DNA of 32,000 nucleotides, taken from the NCBI RefSeq assembly GCF_001643775.1, contig NZ_CP011402.1:1364432-1396431 (forward strand), in the 5' to 3' direction. Every line of letters starts with the position of its first letter. Positions within the stretch are counted from its first letter, which is position 1. The notes below the pieces were generated by a model that made no database searches, was not told the origin of the DNA, and saw nothing but the letters and a program-made list of their open reading frames with translations. A program made the translations under genes and the position numbers. Origin of the DNA: Denitrobacterium detoxificans. Lineage in GTDB: Bacteria; Actinomycetota; Coriobacteriia; Coriobacteriales; Eggerthellaceae. Shown here in pieces: positions 26,063 to 32,000 of the stretch.

Positions 26063-27040
26063 CTATTTCGCGGAACGCTCGACGACCGAGATGACCCAAT
26101 TCTGGAAGACGAGTTCAGGGTCGGAACCACTCTTCATGGCAGCTTCGGCATCGCGAGCGCCGATGAGGGCCTGATGCAGCTCTTCCGACGTGAAGCTGCG
26201 CGCCCACATGGCGTGACGCTTCACGCGCCAAGCGGGGGCATGCAAAACGCCTGGAAGGTCGTTGATACGACCGCGCTGAAGAAGCGCACGGGCAATCATG
26301 AGCTCGCGAACGCGCGTAATGCACATGGCCATGAGCGCATACGGCGTCATGCTCTCCATGCGCGAACGCACGAGCAGGCACTTCTTCAAATTGCGCTCGG
26401 AAAATGCATCGGTGAAATCCCACGGCTTCATTTCCGCCGTGCGGCTGACCATATTCAGAACTTCCGTCTCGTTAATGGGGTCGCTCCCGCGATGCGCCAG
26501 CGCAAGCTTCTGCAACTGAGAGTCGAGCTGCACGGTATTGTCGCCTACGAGCTCAACGAGCGTATTCGCCGCGGCCTGCGTGATGGTGACGCCATGCGAT
26601 GTCGCCATGGCTCGGACTTTCGCCGGCAGTTCGGCATGCTTGGGCGGCGTGCAGTCGATAACAGCCTGCTTGCCCACCTTGGCAGCAGCCTTGTACAGGC
26701 GCGTGTTCTTCGCCAAGCCCGCAGATACCAGGCAGAGTACCGTAGTGGCGCACGGCTCGGAAAGGTACTGCACAAGCTCTTCCTGATCGGGCTTCTTGAG
26801 CTTTTCCACGTTCGTAACGAGTACCAGGCGAACGTTGCTGGCAAACGGGAGCGTATTGCATGCGGCCACGATGGCCTCGCCCGTGTCGGATTCGCCAGAG
26901 AAAGCATCGGAATTGAACTCCAGGTCGCCTTCCTTCGCGACGCGCTGACGCAGGCGCTTGACGACCGTCTCGCGCTTCAGTTCGTCGGCACCGGTAACCA
27001 GATATGCGGGGAGAAGCCCCTGTTCGTTCTTTTCAGCCAT
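26063..27040 (-). CDS. holA: DNA polymerase III delta subunit
   Basis: 325 aa; YLVTGADELKRE..., DCTPPKHAELPAKV, ELVGDNTVQLDSQLQKL; typical comEC-holA-rpsT neighbourhood. Confidence 0.88.
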   Translation of the reverse strand: MAEKNEQGLLPAYLVTGADELKRETVVKRLRQRVAKEGDLEFNSDAFSGESDTGEAIVAACNTLPFASNVRLVLVTNVEKLKKPDQEELVQYLSEPCATTVLCLVSAGLAKNTRLYKAAAKVGKQAVIDCTPPKHAELPAKVRAMATSHGVTITQAAANTLVELVGDNTVQLDSQLQKLALAHRGSDPINETEVLNMVSRTAEMKPWDFTDAFSERNLKKCLLVRSRMESMTPYALMAMCITRVRELMIARALLQRGRINDLPGVLHAPAWRVKRHAMWARSFTSEELHQALIGARDAEAAMKSGSDPELVFQNWVISVVERSAK

Positions 27041-27049
27041 GGTTCCATT

Positions 27050-30062
<3,013 letters not shown>

Positions 30063-30110
30063 TCATGCACCCAGCCTACGTGTACGCAGTCGCCGCGCGA
30101 GCAAAGAAAA

Positions 30111-30142
30111 GTCGCGCCACCCTCGCGAAAGGATGGCGCGAC
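30111..30142 (-). terminator. Terminator downstream of thiI
   Basis: Minus strand GTCGCGCCATCCTTTCGCGAGGGTGGCGCGACTTTTCTTT. Confidence 0.75.
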
Positions 30143-30166
30143 CATTGCACAATTGTTGCAGAAGCC

Positions 30167-31378
30167 CTATTCCTTGCGGCGGCGCTTCTTATACGAGGGG
30201 CACGCATAGTCGTGAACCTCGACGGCCTCCATGATGGAATCGATCCACTCTTCCAGGGGGAACTGCTCTTCCGCGGCAAGCGCGTCTTCCAGCTTGGCAT
30301 GCGTTTCGGGATTACGCGGCATGAACAGCGTGCAGCAGTCGGGGGCGTCCTGGCTGGAGATTTCGAAGGAACCCAGCTGCTGGGCGTCGGCGATGATTTC
30401 CTGCTTGTCGCTGCCGATGAGCGGGCGGAACACGGGCATGTTCACCGCAGCGTCGGTGACGAAGATGTTGTCGATGGTCTGGCTAGCCACCTGACCAAGG
30501 CTTTCGCCCGTTGCGATGGCCTTGGCACCCTCTTGCTGGGCAATGCGCTGCGCAACCTTGAACATCAGGCGACGGTACAGGATGACGCGCAGCTCGGGCG
30601 GGGCACCCAAGGCAATTTCACGCTGATAGTCGCCGAACGGAACGATGTAGCAACGCGCGATGCAGCCCGTACGCTCGAGCACGTGACAGATGTCGTCGAC
30701 CAGAAACTCGCTGGTAGAAGACGTCTGCGGGCGGCCGCTAAAGTGAACCGCGATGGGAATGGCACCGCGGCGCGCCATGCGCCACGTAGCCACCGGAGAG
30801 TCGATACCGCTCGAAAGCATGGTAATCACGCGACCGCTGGAACCCACGGGCAGACCACCTACGCCACGCACGGAACGCGCGTACACATAGGCATTGCCCT
30901 GAATGACCTCGACGCCCACCTTGACGTCGGGATCCTTCATGCGAACCTTCTTTTCGGGGAAATGCTCGCACAGATAGGAACCAACCAAACGGCTGATTTC
31001 CATGGAGGGAATGTCGAAGTCGGTGTGATTGCGACGCGAGGCCACCTTGAACGTGTAGAAATCGCCCACCTCGGCCAGCGCCATGCGAGCCGCTTCGCTC
31101 ATGATACCCATCTCACGATCGCACTTATAACCGCACGACACGCGCGCCACACCGGGAACGCCCGCGATGGCATCTTCGATTTCGCACGCGACTTCATAGC
31201 TCGTGCCTTCCTTGATAAAGACGCACAAGCGGCCGGAAATGCGGCGAATGGTTACGATGGGATACGCCGAAAGCAGCGCTTCGATATTCTTGAGCAGGCG
31301 ATTCTCAAACGACGTGCGATTGTGGCCCTTCAGGCCGATTTCGTGATAATGCACGAGGCAAATGCGTTGCAGTTCCAT
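30167..31378 (-). CDS. thiI: tRNA 4-thiouridine synthetase ThiI
   Basis: VHYHEIGLKGHNRTSFENRL, THUMP domain, SSGIDSPVATWRMARRG PP-loop. Confidence 0.94.
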   Translation of the reverse strand: MELQRICLVHYHEIGLKGHNRTSFENRLLKNIEALLSAYPIVTIRRISGRLCVFIKEGTSYEVACEIEDAIAGVPGVARVSCGYKCDREMGIMSEAARMALAEVGDFYTFKVASRRNHTDFDIPSMEISRLVGSYLCEHFPEKKVRMKDPDVKVGVEVIQGNAYVYARSVRGVGGLPVGSSGRVITMLSSGIDSPVATWRMARRGAIPIAVHFSGRPQTSSTSEFLVDDICHVLERTGCIARCYIVPFGDYQREIALGAPPELRVILYRRLMFKVAQRIAQQEGAKAIATGESLGQVASQTIDNIFVTDAAVNMPVFRPLIGSDKQEIIADAQQLGSFEISSQDAPDCCTLFMPRNPETHAKLEDALAAEEQFPLEEWIDSIMEAVEVHDYACPSYKKRRRKE

Positions 31379-31462
31379 GACTACCTTCCAAGTGAACAAT
31401 GCGCAAAAGGCGCCCGCAAGCCTCTAAGCAAGCGGGCGCCAGATGAAGCTATACCTACGCGT

Positions 31463-31723
31463 TTAGTGCGTTTTTGCGTCGATGGTGCCGGGATCGAACG
31501 ACACGTCTTCCTTGGCAATTTCGCCAAATGCAATGGAAAGCGGCTTCTTGTTGGAAGCGCGGGCGATTTCCACGGCGGTCTGCAGCTGAATAGCGCGTTC
31601 GCGCTGGCCACGAAGCATATCGTTGATGTCGTGCGCGCGATGCGAAGCGACGGCGCACAGCAGGAAGCGGTCGTTTTCCGTTTCCTCGAGCAGTTTGTCG
31701 ATCTTGGGTTCGATAAGACTCAT
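31463..31723 (-). CDS. rpoZ: RNA polymerase omega subunit
   Basis: 86 aa; EPKIDKLLEETENDRFLLCAVASHRAHDINDM...KKPLSIAFGEIAKEDVSF. Confidence 0.85.
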   Translation of the reverse strand: MSLIEPKIDKLLEETENDRFLLCAVASHRAHDINDMLRGQRERAIQLQTAVEIARASNKKPLSIAFGEIAKEDVSFDPGTIDAKTH

Positions 31724-31728
31724 TCGTA

Positions 31729-32000
31729 CTATCCTTCGTAATTACCGGTTGCCTGATCCTCGATATAGGCAACGAGTTTTTGCGTAGCCTCTTCAAGGTC
31801 GTCATTTACAACCGTGTAATCATACTTCATTTTTTGCTGAAGCTCCACCTGTGCGACCTTCATTCGCGCAGCAATCACATCTTCTGGTTCCGTTCCGCGA
31901 CCGCGAAGGCGCTCCAGAAGGATTTCCATGGAAGGCGGCTCGATAAAAACGAGGTGGCACGACGGGAACTTTTCCTTCACCTGGAAGCCACCCTGGACGT
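31729..32000 (-). CDS. gmk: Guanylate kinase, C-terminal part (runs off the window edge)
   Basis: CHLVFIEPPSMEILLERLRGRGTEPEDVIAARM...YDYTVVNDDLEEATQKLVAYI. Confidence 0.88.
   Translation of the reverse strand, partial: VQGGFQVKEKFPSCHLVFIEPPSMEILLERLRGRGTEPEDVIAARMKVAQVELQQKMKYDYTVVNDDLEEATQKLVAYIEDQATGNYEG

Noticed and set aside
30065-31741. 558-aa plus-strand ORF
   Set aside because: Antisense shadow of thiI and rpoZ.

Overview
High-GC bacterial chromosome segment, gene content suggestive of Actinobacteria/Coriobacteriia. Most of it is a conserved housekeeping block on the minus strand: rpoZ/gmk, thiI, comEA-comEC-holA (rpsT divergent), lepA, dusB, hemW, hrcA-dnaJ-rsmE-mtaB-phoH, and ybeY-dgkA-era-recO. 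About 12.4 kb of extra DNA (~2.74-15.18 kb) separates phoH from ybeY. It carries an intact ISL3-type IS (3034..4599, 8-bp TSD), an IS3-family element (13685..15145, 3-bp TSD), an ettA-like ABC-F gene, AmmeMemoRadiSam components, AIM24-like and membrane proteins, and a very unusual 2.1-kb locus. That locus (4755-6890) holds five 36-nt direct repeats (GTTTTGGAGCAG[C/T]GTCATTCTGACTGGTAATCAAAC) with the length and architecture of type II CRISPR repeats. They are separated by 362, 352, 254 and 420 bp instead of ~30-bp spacers, and the intervening blocks contain small or truncated genes. Next to them, on the opposite strand, is a sequence that folds on paper like a Cas9 tracrRNA: anti-repeat pairing 25 of 28 upper-stem positions, a GA/GAGU bulge, a 6-bp lower stem, a GGCUAAGCC nexus and two 3' hairpins. 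A degenerate tRNA-Trp(CCA)-like sequence is also present. No cas9, cas1, cas2 or csn2 ORF is visible in the window. This orphan tracrRNA plus giant-spacer, cassette-like array is the main candidate for something previously undescribed.
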